A stretch of DNA of 64,000 bases from an uncultured bacterium (GCA_963695095.1 CAVOFT010000001.1:2656001-2720000), one strand, 5' to 3'; numbered from the stretch's first letter, positions 11,208 through 22,284 are shown. Numbers and translations are program-made. The notes: a model not told the origin generated them from the letters alone.

Positions 11208-14200
11208 TCAGGGCGCCGTCTCTCCGTCTCCACGCAGTCTAGCATAGATGCGCAGTCTGCGATAGAGGGTAGGCTTGCTGATCCCGAGCAGGCGAGCCGC
11301 CCGCGTCTTGCTCCCGACCGCCCGCACCAGATGGTGAGCGAGGGCCGCCTGCAGCGGCAGCTCCAGCGGCTGCTCCTCGGAGAATTCCGCGGACGCGACG
11401 AGGAGGGCCGCCAGGGCGTCCAGGCTCTGAGCAGCCCCCAGCTCCCGCCGCGTCTCCAGGAAGTCCTCGGGCAGATCCTCGGGTTGGATGAGCTGTCCCC
11501 GCGAGAGCACGACACTGGAATAGATGACATTCTTGAGCTGCCGGATATTGCCCGGCCAGGGGTGCGTCTGGAAGAGATCGCTCACCTCGGGCGCGAGGCG
11601 CTTGATCCCCCCGGGCAGACCGGCGCAGGCCTGGGCCAGGAAGTGCTCGATGAGCAGCGGGATATCCTCCCGCTTCTCGCGCAGCGGCGAGAGCTGGAAG
11701 CGCAGGACGTTGATCCGGTAGAAGAGGTCCTCGCGGAAGCGACCGCTGCGCACGTCGGCCTCCAGCTGCCGGTTGGTGGCCGCCAGGACGCGGACGTCGG
11801 CCCGCAGCACCTGCGTGCCGCCCACGCGATTGAACTCCTTGTTCTGCAGCACCCGCAGCAGCTTCGCCTGCATGTCGGCGCTCATCTCGCCGATCTCGTC
11901 CAGCAGAACCGTGCCCCCCGCCGCCTCCTCGAAGACGCCGATGTGGCGGCTCACCGCGCTCGTGAAGGCGCCGCGTTCGTGACCGAAGAGAGTGCTCTCC
12001 AGCAGCGGGGCCGGAATCGAGGCGCAGTTCACGGGCAGGAAGGGGCGTCCCCGTCGGGCGCCGCTGTAGTGGATCGCCCGGGCCACCTCCTCCTTGCCGG
12101 TGCCGGACTCCCCCGTGATGAGCACGGTGCTGTCCACGTCGAGCACGCGCTCGATGAGCTGCTTGAGGCGCTGCATGTCGCGCCCCCTGCCGACCAGATG
12201 CGGGAGTTCCCCTGCCGCCACCCGGGCAGGCGGCGTCGCGGCCCCCGCCGCGCTGCGGCCCTGCTCGCGGCGCAGGCCGAGGCGCAGCAGCCGGGCAATC
12301 CCCGCGAGGAAGTCGCGCTCCGCCGCCGTACTCGGCTCTCCGCCGCGCTCGAGGACGAGCACCCCCTCCGCGGCGTCGGCACCCTCCGGTCGTAGGGGTT
12401 GCAGCAGCAGGCGACTCCCCCCAGCGGTGGCCGGCGCCAGCTCCTCCTGATTGGCGGATGACCAGAGCTGCGGGCCAAGCTTCTCCTCCGCGCCGCGCAC
12501 CTCGTCGCCGAGCCAGATCGGCGCACCGGCCGCCGATTCGGGCGCGAGGCCCAGCCGCACTCGACGGTAGCCGAAGGAATCGCGCAGCAGGTCGAGCACG
12601 CGCTCCAGACCCTCGCGCGGGTCGCCGGCGCCCTCCAGAAGTGCCAGGCCCTGGTAGAGCCCGGCCAGGCGCAGCCGGCCGTCGCCTTCGATGCGCTCGA
12701 CGAAGCGGCCCAGCCGCTGCTGGAGGCGCAGCTGCAGTGTGTCCCATTCGGCGACGAGGGCACTCACCTTGCGCCGCTCGATGATGTCCGTCGCCAAGTG
12801 CAGGCACTCCCGGGCGCGCGGCTCGTCGCCGTCTTCCAGGCGCAGGAGACCGATCCGGCTGTACATGCGCGCCAGCATTTCATAGCGGTCCAGGCTGGCG
12901 TAGAGATCGGCGGCCTTCTCGAGCGCGGTCAAGGCCTGCGCGCGCGCTCCGCCCGCCAAGTGCACGTCGACAGCGGCGGCCTGGATGCGGGCCTCTTCCA
13001 GGCGATTGTTGATGCGCCAGACCGAGACCAGGCCCTCCTCGATCGTCGCTCGCGCTCCCTGCAAATCGCCGAGGGCGAGCTGCACCGGAATCAGCCGCCG
13101 GAACATGGTGGCCAGCTCCGTATGCGCCTCGATGGCGCGGCAGGTGGCGATGGCCGAGCGCAGGTGGGCCAGCGCCGCCTCCGGGTGCCCCTCGACCTGT
13201 TCGATCTCGCCGAGCAAACCCTCCACCTCGGCGCCCAGCTGGATGTTGCCGACCACGCGGTTCAGCTCGAGGCACTCCTGGCACTGGGCGCGGGCGGTTG
13301 TCAGGTCGTTCAGCTCGAAATTGATCAGGGCCACGTTGTAGAGGCTGATCAGGTAGCCGGGGAAGTTCTTGAGCCGCTTCTTGATCGCCATGCTGCGGTT
13401 GAAGTAGTCGATGGCGAGGGCGAAGCGCTCGGTGAGGCGGTACAGATTGCCCAGGTTGTTGAGGCTGGCCGCCACGCGGTTCTCGTCGCCGGCGCGCTCG
13501 CGCAGGGCGAGGGCGCGCTTGTAGTAGGCCTCGGCCTCTTGCCACCGATTGAGCGCCCACTGGGCGGCACCCAGGGTGTTGTAGGTCTGTCCCAGCTCCA
13601 CTTGATGGGCGGTGGGCTCGAACAGGCGCAGGGCGACCTCACAGCGCTCCACCGCCCGCTCGTGCTCCCCCTTGCGGTAGTGCAACCAGGCCAGCTCGTT
13701 GAGCAGCAAGCCCCGCTCGTAGCCGGACAGCGCCTCGCTGTAGACATCCAGCAGGCGGCCGAGGATGCCGATCGCCCAGGCGAACTCGCCGCGCGTCTCA
13801 CCGATCTCCGCGAGCTGGCGCAGGAGGACGCTGACGGCCGGCAGCAGCTCGGGGACCGACGCACTCGGCAGCGCGACGGCCGCGCCGCCGGTCGCCTGGA
13901 GGCGATCCAGGAAATCCTCGCTGCCGGTGAGGGCGCGCAGGCCGGCCTGGTAGGCCTCGGCGGCGGCATCGAGGTCCCCGCGCTGGAGGAGGCTGCCGCC
14001 CAGCAGCAAGTAGACGCGGCGCAGGCCCTCGACGCCGAGCTGCCGCTCCACGCGGGGATCGCGCATCAGATCCACCAGATGGGCCAGCAGGAGCGGATAC
14101 CCCTCGCGCTCCGCCCAGCGGAACAGCGCCAGGCTCTCTCGGGCCAGGCTCGTCCAGTCCTCGGCGCCGCGCAGGTGCTGCAGGCGCAAGAGCGCAGCCC

Positions 14201-15722
14201 TGGCGGCGGCCGGCTTGCCGATGCCCGCGCGCTCGGGCGCTGGGAAGAGGCCGGCGCACAGGCGCTGCAACTCTTGACGCCGGACCGGCGCCAGGCCCTC
14301 GCGCAGACTGCGCCGGAGCCCCACATCCGCCAGCTCGATGCGCAGTCCCCAGCGGCCGCTGGCCGCATCCAGGCCGGGCCGCCAGGCCAGGAGCCCGCGC
14401 CGATCCAGCGCGGAAACCCGGCTGAAGCAGGCCGCCTCACCCTCATCGAAGAGCCGGGTCAGCAAGCCGAGCGACAGCGCCTCATTCTGCAAGGCCAGGA
14501 GTTCGAGCAGGGGCCGACTGTCCGCGGGCTCGGCAGTAGCCTGCCGGGGAGCCGCAGGCGCGACGGACGGCTTCGGCGCGGACGGCGAGGCGAGGCGCTG
14601 CCGCTTCAGTCGCGGCCATTCGGCCAGCAATTGCTCCGCGCAGGCCGCCAGCTCGCCATGGCCGCGATCCTGGTCCGGACCCGCGAGCACGAGCAGGCGC
14701 GCCGCGCCTGGATTCGTCCAGAGGCGATCCAGAAGCAAGGAGGGCGTTTCGAGGCCGTCCACCCAGCGCAGGGCGCCGGCGGCCTCGCGGCTGCCCTCGC
14801 CACTGCGCACCCAGGGCTGCTCGGCTGCTTCGCCCCGCTCCTCGCCGCTGCGCGCGAACTGCAGGGCGAGCGCCCGCTGCAGCTGTCGGGCTTCCGGACC
14901 GCCCACCTCGAGCCAGAGGTCCTCGCCGCTGCGAAATGCCCGCAACAAGGACTCGGCGCGGGCTGCCAGCGCCGGGTCCGGCCCGGTCGCCAGCGCGTCG
15001 GCGGCAGCGGCCAGCTCCGCCAGGGCGGCATCGCCGGCCAGAGGGGAGGCCGCCAGCAGCGCGCTGGCCGTGGGGCGGGCCGTGGGGTCGGCGGCCAGGA
15101 GTCGCGGCAGCTCCCGGGCGCGGAAGTCCGCCCAGGCCGGGCACTCGGCAGCCCAGCGCGCAACGATGTGGCCGAAGCCGTGGAGGTCGGCCCCCTGATC
15201 CAGGTCCAGGCCCGCGCGCAGGGCAGGCGAGGGGTCGAGGCCCGGCGCTCCGGCCTCGAGGAAGCCCGGGAAGTGCAGGATCATCGGCGGCAGGTAGAGC
15301 AGGCCGCCCCGGCCATCGCTCCAGATCAGCTCGGGCGCGAGCTGCGTGAAGGGCAGGCCCTCGACGCGCCCCAGCAGCAGATCGCCCAGGAGCACGGCGA
15401 GCAGGCCCGTCGCGGCCTCCGGCGACGGCGCCGGCAAGGGCCCTGCCTCCGCCGGCAGCTCGAGCAGGGCGTAGGTGGCGCCATCCCGCTGTCCCAGTCG
15501 ACAGGCCATGGCGCGCTCGCCGCAAAGCTCGCGCGCGCGGAATTGCCGGTAGGCGAGACTGGCCAGATCCAGGGGCGCCCGCTCGGCCTGCTGGTAGAGG
15601 TAGAGCAGGGCGCGCTGGCCGCCCAGGACATCGCGCAGGAGGAAGCTGTGGAGCAGCTCGCTCTCATCGAGGGCGCGCTCCACGCGATAGCGGGCGAGAA
15701 AGAGGCTGCCGACAGCGAGCAT
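11208..15722 (-). CDS. Giant sigma54-dependent enhancer-binding protein: degenerate Ser/Thr kinase-like N-terminus, TPR repeats, GAF-like region, AAA+ domain and Fis HTH
   Basis: GESGTGKE, ESTLFGHERGAFTSA, LLDEIGEM, FREDLFYRI, WPGNIRQL and the AARLLGISKPTLYRRL HTH; TPRs such as LGQTYNTLG and AASLNNLG. Start chosen at ATG 15722. Confidence 0.9.
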   Translation of the reverse strand: MLAVGSLFLARYRVERALDESELLHSFLLRDVLGGQRALLYLYQQAERAPLDLASLAYRQFRARELCGERAMACRLGQRDGATYALLELPAEAGPLPAPSPEAATGLLAVLLGDLLLGRVEGLPFTQLAPELIWSDGRGGLLYLPPMILHFPGFLEAGAPGLDPSPALRAGLDLDQGADLHGFGHIVARWAAECPAWADFRARELPRLLAADPTARPTASALLAASPLAGDAALAELAAAADALATGPDPALAARAESLLRAFRSGEDLWLEVGGPEARQLQRALALQFARSGEERGEAAEQPWVRSGEGSREAAGALRWVDGLETPSLLLDRLWTNPGAARLLVLAGPDQDRGHGELAACAEQLLAEWPRLKRQRLASPSAPKPSVAPAAPRQATAEPADSRPLLELLALQNEALSLGLLTRLFDEGEAACFSRVSALDRRGLLAWRPGLDAASGRWGLRIELADVGLRRSLREGLAPVRRQELQRLCAGLFPAPERAGIGKPAAARAALLRLQHLRGAEDWTSLARESLALFRWAEREGYPLLLAHLVDLMRDPRVERQLGVEGLRRVYLLLGGSLLQRGDLDAAAEAYQAGLRALTGSEDFLDRLQATGGAAVALPSASVPELLPAVSVLLRQLAEIGETRGEFAWAIGILGRLLDVYSEALSGYERGLLLNELAWLHYRKGEHERAVERCEVALRLFEPTAHQVELGQTYNTLGAAQWALNRWQEAEAYYKRALALRERAGDENRVAASLNNLGNLYRLTERFALAIDYFNRSMAIKKRLKNFPGYLISLYNVALINFELNDLTTARAQCQECLELNRVVGNIQLGAEVEGLLGEIEQVEGHPEAALAHLRSAIATCRAIEAHTELATMFRRLIPVQLALGDLQGARATIEEGLVSVWRINNRLEEARIQAAAVDVHLAGGARAQALTALEKAADLYASLDRYEMLARMYSRIGLLRLEDGDEPRARECLHLATDIIERRKVSALVAEWDTLQLRLQQRLGRFVERIEGDGRLRLAGLYQGLALLEGAGDPREGLERVLDLLRDSFGYRRVRLGLAPESAAGAPIWLGDEVRGAEEKLGPQLWSSANQEELAPATAGGSRLLLQPLRPEGADAAEGVLVLERGGEPSTAAERDFLAGIARLLRLGLRREQGRSAAGAATPPARVAAGELPHLVGRGRDMQRLKQLIERVLDVDSTVLITGESGTGKEEVARAIHYSGARRGRPFLPVNCASIPAPLLESTLFGHERGAFTSAVSRHIGVFEEAAGGTVLLDEIGEMSADMQAKLLRVLQNKEFNRVGGTQVLRADVRVLAATNRQLEADVRSGRFREDLFYRINVLRFQLSPLREKREDIPLLIEHFLAQACAGLPGGIKRLAPEVSDLFQTHPWPGNIRQLKNVIYSSVVLSRGQLIQPEDLPEDFLETRRELGAAQSLDALAALLVASAEFSEEQPLELPLQAALAHHLVRAVGSKTRAARLLGISKPTLYRRLRIYARLRGDGETAP

Positions 15723-15870
15723 GGCTGGCACCGCGTTAAGATTCTTGACCGCTCTCGATTTTACACCAGGCGAGGCCCCGCGAACAGGCCTGAGCGGAGA
15801 AAGCCGGGCTGGTGCCGGAGCCCGTAAGTCACTATGATTCCCGCTGATCACAACATCCGGGAGACCCGCC

Positions 15871-16680
15871 ATGAAGCCTGCGAATGCGCGGCCTGCGAAG
15901 CGCCTGCTGCCCTTGCTCCTGCTCGGCTTGCTGCCCGCCTGCGCCGAGAAGGAGACGGTGTTCCCGCGGGACACCAATCTGAACGTGCCCGAGGACTACG
16001 CCAGCCCCCAGCTGGCCGCGGCCGCGGCTCGCGCCGGCGACCAGATCATCGTGAGCTATCGGGCGGCAGCCTACGTGGGCGATCTCGACTTGCCCACGGG
16101 CGTCTCGATGATCGGTCACGTGGAGAATCCCCTGCTGCCCCGGATCACCGGCCAGGTCACGGTGAACGGCGGCGATGACCGGGTGAAGATCGCGCGCCTG
16201 GGCATCGACAATCCGGCCGGCAGCGGGCTGCACCTCGTCGGCAGCGCCTGCAAGATCGAGGAGCTCTGGATTCACGACTGCGATGGCCCCGGCATCGAGC
16301 TCATCGGCGATGCGCCTGCCTACATCCTCGCCTGCGACATCCAGCGCTGCGGGCCGGGCATCCTCATCCGCGACACCACCCAGGGCGGCAACTACGGCGA
16401 TGTCGAGCACCCCGCCGCCCGCATCACCGACTGCAACTTCCTCGAGAACGGTCCGGCGGGCGATCTCGACAACCTCGTCTTCGCGAACATCCCCGTGCTG
16501 TACACGGTCTACGTGGAGTCAGAATCACTGGGGAGAGGACGTCGATCGGCGTGCCGGCCATCGACGCCACGATCTACGACAACAAGGACGATGCCAGTCA
16601 TCCGCGGGCTCGCTGACACCAGCGGCCAGGACTTCAGCTCCTGGCCCAGTCCGATCGACCACTGGTGGCGGACGAGAATC
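15871..16680 (+). CDS. Lipoprotein with right-handed beta-helix repeats (3' end frameshifted, end approximate)
   Basis: Lipobox LLPAC; AGDQIIV...YVGDL and GxGI repeats; the C-terminal NHWG...AIDATIYDNKDD motif is split across frames. Confidence 0.7.
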
Positions 16681-17717
16681 GAGGGCGACCGGCCCTCGCC
16701 TTGCTCGTCGCCCTCGCCGCCGGCTGCGCCCGCGAGGCGCCGCCGCGGCGCTTCGAGTTCCCCAGCATGGGCACGGCGGCTGCCCTGGAGCTGCGCGGTG
16801 CCGAGAGCGCTCGCGACAGCCTCGCGCTCGCCCGGGTGCAGGCGCGCTTCGCCGCCGTCGAGGCCGCCATGAGCACCTGGGACCGGGACTCCGAGCTCTC
16901 CCGGGCGAACCGCGCGCCCGTCGACTCCGCCTTCTCGCTGTCCCCGCTCGCCGGCGACTGCCTGGCCCTCGCCCTCGAGTTGCGCGCCGCCAGCGGCGGC
17001 GCCTTCGAGCCCGGCGCCGGGCCACTGATGCGGCTCTGGGGATTCACCCGCCGCGAGGGCCGCCTGCCCGATCCCGACAGCCTCGCTGCGCTGCTGCCCG
17101 CCCTCGGCGCCTACAGCTACGAGCCGCCCGCCCGGCGCCTGACGCGGCGCCACCCGGCCGTGGCCCTGGACCTGGGCGGCATCGCCAAGGGCTACGCCCT
17201 CGACCTGGCGGCGGCGGACCTGCGCGCCCTGGGCCTGCGCGCGGCCTTGATCGACCTGGGCGGCAACCTCTACTGCCTCGGCGAGGCCGCGCCGGGCGAG
17301 GCCTGGCAGGTGGGCATCCGCGATCCCCTGGATCGCGAGCGCATGTTCGCCGCCCTGGCCCTGCGCGATGAGGCCGTGGCCACCAGCGGCTCCTACGAGC
17401 GCTTCGTCGACGATCGCGGGCCGCCGCTACGGGCACATCATGAATCCCGCCACGGGCCGGCCCGCCGAGGGTCTGCTCAGCGCCACCGTGGTCTGCGCCG
17501 AAGCGGGGCTCGGCGACGGGCTCTCCACGGCGCTCTTCGTCCTCGGCCCCGGCGCGGCCGAGGCCCTGCTGCGCGGCCGCCTACCCCGAGGCGCTGGCGG
17601 TGCTGGTGTCGGCGGAGGACGGGGATCGCCTGCTGCGTGCGCGCGAGCGCCGGCCTCAGGGGCCGCCTGCGCATCCTGCCCGCGGACGCGGCGCGCTGCC
17701 GGATCGAGTTCTTCTAG
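16665..17717 (+). CDS. apbE: FAD:protein FMN transferase (frameshifted near 17410-17640)
   Basis: [19 protein letters not shown] and [24 protein letters not shown] continues in another frame; adjacent to rnf. Confidence 0.92.
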   Translation: MADENRGRPALALLVALAAGCAREAPPRRFEFPSMGTAAALELRGAESARDSLALARVQARFAAVEAAMSTWDRDSELSRANRAPVDSAFSLSPLAGDCLALALELRAASGGAFEPGAGPLMRLWGFTRREGRLPDPDSLAALLPALGAYSYEPPARRLTRRHPAVALDLGGIAKGYALDLAAADLRALGLRAALIDLGGNLYCLGEAAPGEAWQVGIRDPLDRERMFAALALRDEAVATSGSYERFVDDRGPPLRAHHESRHGPARRGSAQRHRGLRRSGARRRALHGALRPRPRRGRGPAARPPTPRRWRCWCRRRTGIACCVRASAGLRGRLRILPADAARCRIEFF

Positions 17718-18407
17718 GCCCGCTTGGCCGCCGGCTCCTCGTTCAGGTGGCAGAGCACGCAGTTGCCGCAGTCCATCTCCCGCGGCGGCTCGTAGGTCTC
17801 GCCGGCCCGCAGGGCGCGGCGCTCCTCGAGCCGGTTCATCCCGGCCAGCAGCAGGCCCAGGGTGAGGAAGGCGCCCGGCGGCAGGATCATCACCAGCACC
17901 GGCGGGAAGCTCGGCGCCGAAGAGCGAGAGGCCGAGCAGGCTGCCGTTGCCGAGCAGCTCCCGCAGGATCGCCCAGCGACATCAGGGCGAGGGTGAAGCC
18001 GAGGCCCATGCCCAGGCCGTCGGCCAGGGAGGCGCGAACGCCGTTGCGGCTGGCGAAGGCCTCGGCGCGGCCCAGGATGATGCAGTTGACCACGATCAGC
18101 GGGATGAAGAGGCCCAGGCTCCGGTGCAGCGCGAGGCAAGTAGGCGTGCATCACCAGGTCGACGATGGTCACGAAGCAGGCGATGACCACGATGTAGGCC
18201 GGGATGCGCACCTTGCGCGGGATGAAGCCGCGCAGCATGGCGATGATCAGATTGCTGCAGACGAGCACGAAGGTGGCCGCCAGGCCCATGCCGAGCGCCG
18301 TTCTCCACCGAGGTGGTGACGGCCAGCGTGGGACACAAGCCCAGCATGAGGCGGAAGATGGGATTCTCGTTCCAGAGCCCGCGCGTGAAGGTGCTGGTCA
18401 AGCTCAT
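17714..18407 (-). CDS. rnfE: Rnf complex subunit E (frameshifted)
   Basis: [43 protein letters not shown] and ILPPGAF are spread over several frames. Confidence 0.9.
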
Positions 18408-19025
18408 GGCGCGACCTCCGTCGTGCTGCTGTCGCAGCGGCCGCCCGGGGCGCGGCGTCCACCTGCGGGCGATCGGCGGCGTAGCGGGCGAGGGCCTCGC
18501 CGATGGCGCCGGCCAGGGCCCGCCCCGTCACCGTGGCGCCGGTGACCGCGTCGAGATCGCCGCCGTCGGCCTTCACCCGCCAGTCCGTGTCCGCCAGCGC
18601 ATGGCCGGCGTAGAAGCGCGCGAGCAGTGCGGGATCGGCGTACTTGGCGCCCAGGCCCGGCGTCTCGGCGTGGCGCAGGATGCGCAGGCCACTGACACTG
18701 CCCTGGGCATCCACGCCGAGCATGACGCTCGATCTCGCCGGAGTAGCCCGTCTTGCTGAGGGCCTTGAAGGCCGCCCCGACGGGCGCCTCGCCCTGGTAG
18801 CCGCGCCAGTAGCTGCGCTCGCCGCCGCCGTCGGCCAGGTCCACGCGGTCGGCGTCGGGGGCGTTGTCGAAGGGCGGCATCACCGCGGCCACGGCCTCCA
18901 TGCGCTCGCGCAGCATGGCCTGGCGGATGGGCTCGCGGGTCGTGGCGTCCACCTGGCTCAGCAGGAGGGCGGCGATGCCGCAGATCAGGGCCAGGCGCAG
19001 GCCACAGGTTCAGGGTCTCCTTCAT
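18404..19025 (-). CDS. rnfG: Rnf complex subunit G (frameshifted)
   Basis: [14 protein letters not shown] and the [12 protein letters not shown]-attachment motif; ATGA overlap with rnfD. Confidence 0.9.
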
Positions 19026-20097
19026 GCCGCCTTCCTCTCCTCGAAGAGCTTGCGGCCGCTGCCGAAGACCCGCGGCCGCGTGGCGCGGTCGATCAGCGGC
19101 GTGGCCGCGTTCATGAGCAGGATGGCGAAGCTGACGCCCTCGGGATAGCCGCCCCAGAGGCGGATCAGCGCGGTGAGCAGGCCGCAGCCGAGCGCCGAAG
19201 ATCAGCATGCCCCGGCGCGTGACGGGGCTGGTGACCATGTCGGTGGCCATGAAGAAGGCGCCGAGCATGAGCCCGCCCGAGAGCAGGTGGAAGAGCGGCG
19301 AGGCGTAGCGCGCGCGGTCCACCAGCCAGGGGATGCCGCGTCACCAGGGCCAGCGCAGCCAGGAAGCCGACCGGGATCTGCCAGCGGATGTGTCCGCGCC
19401 AGAGCAGGTAGAGGCCGCCCAGCAGCAGCGCGAGCACGCTCACCTCGCCGAGGCTGCCGCCGCGCAGGCCGACGAGCAGCTTCCAGGCGGGAGCCAGGGC
19501 CAGCTCGTCGGCAGCGCCTTGCCCAGCGCCAGGCCCTCGCGCAGAACGCCCAGCGGCGTGGCGCCGGTGGCCGCGTCCAGGCGCAGGGGGCCGGCCGGCA
19601 GGGCCCAGGTGGTCATCTGCACCGGGAAGGAGATGAGCAGGCAGCACGCGGGCCACGAGGGCGGGATTGAAGGGATTGTAGCCGAGCCCGCCGTAGATCT
19701 GCTTGGCGATGACGATGGCGACGAAGGCGCCGATGAGCGACCATCCACCAGGGACTCGTCGAGGGCAGGTTCATGGCGAGGAGCACGCCCGTGACCGCCG
19801 CGCTGAGGTCGTGCAGGCGACCGGGCCGGTGGAGGATGCGCAACATCGCCCACTCGAAGAGGAGGCAGCCCCGCACCGCGACCAGGAGCACGCGCAGGGC
19901 GGGCAGGCCGAAGAACCAGAGCCCCACGAGCAGGGCGGGAGTCAGCGCGATGAGCACGTCGCGCATGATGCGCGGAATCTCGCGATCGCCGTGCACGTGC
20001 GGCGAGCTGCTCATCACGAGCAGGGCGGCGGCGGCGCGGCCTTGCTCGGCGTCGCCGGGTCCGCGCCCCGGCCGCTGTCGATCTGCTCGTCGCTCAT
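19022..20097 (-). CDS. rnfD: Rnf complex subunit D (frameshifted)
   Basis: [27 protein letters not shown] site, GSLGEVS and [13 protein letters not shown]. Confidence 0.9.
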
Positions 20098-20120
20098 CGC
20101 TCTTCGCCCCTCCCCGCGGC

Positions 20121-21443
20121 CTAGGCCGCGCCCCGTTTGCTCTGCTCGGCCTTGAGTTCCGCCTTGCCCCGCCGGAACAGCTGCACCAGCGGTCGGAAGG
20201 ACGGACAGACGTAGGCGCAGCTGCCGCACTCGATGCAATCGCCCACCCGGTAGTCGGCGAGGTCCGCGAAGCGGTTCCGCTCGGCGAGCACGCCCATCGC
20301 GCTGGGCACCAGGCCCATCGGGCAGGCGTCGACGCAGGCGCCGCAGCGGATGCAGGGATCGGCCAGGAACTGGCTCAGGCGCTCGGCGGGCAGGCAGAGG
20401 ATGCCGCTGGTGCCCTTGATCACCGGCACCTCGAGGTTGAACTGGCCCATGCCCATCATCGGCCCGCCGAAGATGACCTTGCGCGATCTGTCGGCTTCAG
20501 GCCGCCGCAGTGGTCGATGACGTCGGCGAGCAGGCGTGCCCACGCGCAGGCGCAGATTCGCCGGGCGGGCGATGCCCTCGCCGGTGACCGTCGTCACCCG
20601 CTCGATGAGCGGCAGACCCGCTTGCACGGCCGCCCAGGCCGCCACCGCCGTGCCGACGTTCTGGACCAGGCAGCCCACGTCCATGGGCAGGCCGCCGGCC
20701 GGCACGCTGCGCCCGGTGAGCGCATAGATGAGGTGCTTCTCCGAGCCCTGCGGATACTTCGCCTCCAGCAGCACGAACTCGGCCGCCACATCCGCCGGAC
20801 AGGCGCCGCGCAGGGCGGCCAGGGCGTCGGGCTTGTTGGCCTCGACGCCGACGACGACGCGCTTCACGCCGAGCACGCGCGCCATCAGGCCGACACCCTC
20901 CATCACGGCCGCGGCCTGCTCGAGCATGACCCGGTGGTCGCTGGTGAGGTAGGGCTCGCACTCGGCGCCGTTGAGGATGAAGGTGTCGATGGGCTTGTCC
21001 GCCGGCGGGCTCAGCTTGACGTGCGTGGGGAAGGTGGCCCCCCCCATGCCGACCAGGCCGCCGTTCTTCAGCGCCTCGCGCAGCGCCGCCGCTTCGAGCC
21101 GGCGCCAGTCGCCCAGGGGCGCGAGGCCTTCCCAGAGGCGATCCTCGCCGTCGGCCTCGATCTCGACGGCGGGCAGGTTGCGCCCCAGAGGATGCGGCCA
21201 GTCCTTCACTGCCTTCACGGTGCCGCTGGTGGGCGCGTGCACGGGCACGGAGACGAATCCCTGCGGCGTCGAGAGCGGCTCGCCCTTGGCGACTTTCTGC
21301 CCCTTGGCCACGATCGGCGTGCCGGGCGCTCCCAGGTGCTGGGCGAGGGGGACGGCATAGCGCACCGCCAGCGGCAGCGTCTCCACGGCCAGGGTGGCCG
21401 TTTCCTTGTGGTAGTCGGGGTGGACCCCGCCCTTGAAGCGCAT
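20121..21443 (-). CDS. rnfC: Rnf complex subunit C
   Basis: FKGGVHP, GMGGATFPTHVK, NGAECEPY, KYPQGSEK, GGPMMG and two CxxCxxCxxxCP clusters; short compensated frameshift at about 20490-20540. Confidence 0.95.
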   Translation of the reverse strand: MRFKGGVHPDYHKETATLAVETLPLAVRYAVPLAQHLGAPGTPIVAKGQKVAKGEPLSTPQGFVSVPVHAPTSGTVKAVKDWPHPLGRNLPAVEIEADGEDRLWEGLAPLGDWRRLEAAALREALKNGGLVGMGGATFPTHVKLSPPADKPIDTFILNGAECEPYLTSDHRVMLEQAAAVMEGVGLMARVLGVKRVVVGVEANKPDALAALRGACPADVAAEFVLLEAKYPQGSEKHLIYALTGRSVPAGGLPMDVGCLVQNVGTAVAAWAAVQAGLPLIERVTTVTGEGIARPANLRLRVGTPARRRHRPLRRPEADRSRKVIFGGPMMGMGQFNLEVPVIKGTSGILCLPAERLSQFLADPCIRCGACVDACPMGLVPSAMGVLAERNRFADLADYRVGDCIECGSCAYVCPSFRPLVQLFRRGKAELKAEQSKRGAA

Positions 21444-21463
21444 GCCGCCTTCGCTTTCCGGCC

Positions 21464-22264
21464 CTAGTGGCGCGCCGCGCCCAGCTCGATGACACGGATC
21501 GAGCCGTTGGGGCACAGGTCGATGAGGGTTTCGTCCGCGGGAGCCTGCGCGTAGTCGACGCGGGCCAGCCAGTCCGTGACGAGGATGCCGCCGGCGGCCG
21601 CCTTCTCGCACTTCTTGCAGCCGATGCAGGCCACCTGGCAGGCCTTGCGCGCCAAGGGCCCCTTGTCGGTGTTGCTGCAGAGCACGTGGATGCGCGCGCT
21701 CTCGGGCACGAGCTCGATGATGCCCTTCGGGCAGGCCGCCACGCAATGCCCGCAGGCCGTGCAGCGCTCGGGGATGATGCGGGCGATCCCGCTCTCGAGG
21801 ATCTCGATGGCGCCGAAGGAGCAGGCCTCCTGGCAATCGCCGAGGCCGAGGCAGCCCTGCAGGCAGAGCTTGTCGCCGCCGCCGAGCTGGGCGGCGCTGG
21901 CGCAGCTGGCCATGCCGTTGTAGAGAAAGCGCCGCGGCGCGAGGTCGCTGCCGCCCTGGCAGTGCACCAGGGCCACCCGCCGCTCCTTGAGCTCGACGCT
22001 GAGCCCCATCAGGGCGGCCACGGCCTGCGCCGTGGCGGCACCCCCCACCGGACAGCCATCCGGAGGCGCCTTGCCGCCCACCACGGCGCCGGCGAAGTCA
22101 TTGCATCCGGCAAAGCCGCAGCCGCCGCAGTTGGCGCCGGGCAGCAGATCCAGGAGCGCTTCCTGTCGGGGATCGATCTCCACGGCGAAGAAGCGCGCGG
22201 CCCAGCCGAGCCCCAGACCGGAGATGAGCCCGAGGCCGGCGAGCACTGTGGTGGCGATGAGCAT
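21464..22264 (-). CDS. rnfB: Rnf complex subunit B
   Basis: N-terminal TM segment, LPGANCGGCGFAGC and multiple ferredoxin motifs. Confidence 0.95.
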   Translation of the reverse strand: MLIATTVLAGLGLISGLGLGWAARFFAVEIDPRQEALLDLLPGANCGGCGFAGCNDFAGAVVGGKAPPDGCPVGGAATAQAVAALMGLSVELKERRVALVHCQGGSDLAPRRFLYNGMASCASAAQLGGGDKLCLQGCLGLGDCQEACSFGAIEILESGIARIIPERCTACGHCVAACPKGIIELVPESARIHVLCSNTDKGPLARKACQVACIGCKKCEKAAAGGILVTDWLARVDYAQAPADETLIDLCPNGSIRVIELGAARH

Positions 22265-22284
22265 CGATGCCCTCCTGCGTCGGC

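Noticed and set aside
11208..15722. Active Ser/Thr kinase or anti-phage STAND (Avs) system
   Set aside because: Kinase catalytic motifs and a STAND Walker A are absent, and the output is a sigma54 AAA+/HTH rather than a nuclease or other effector.
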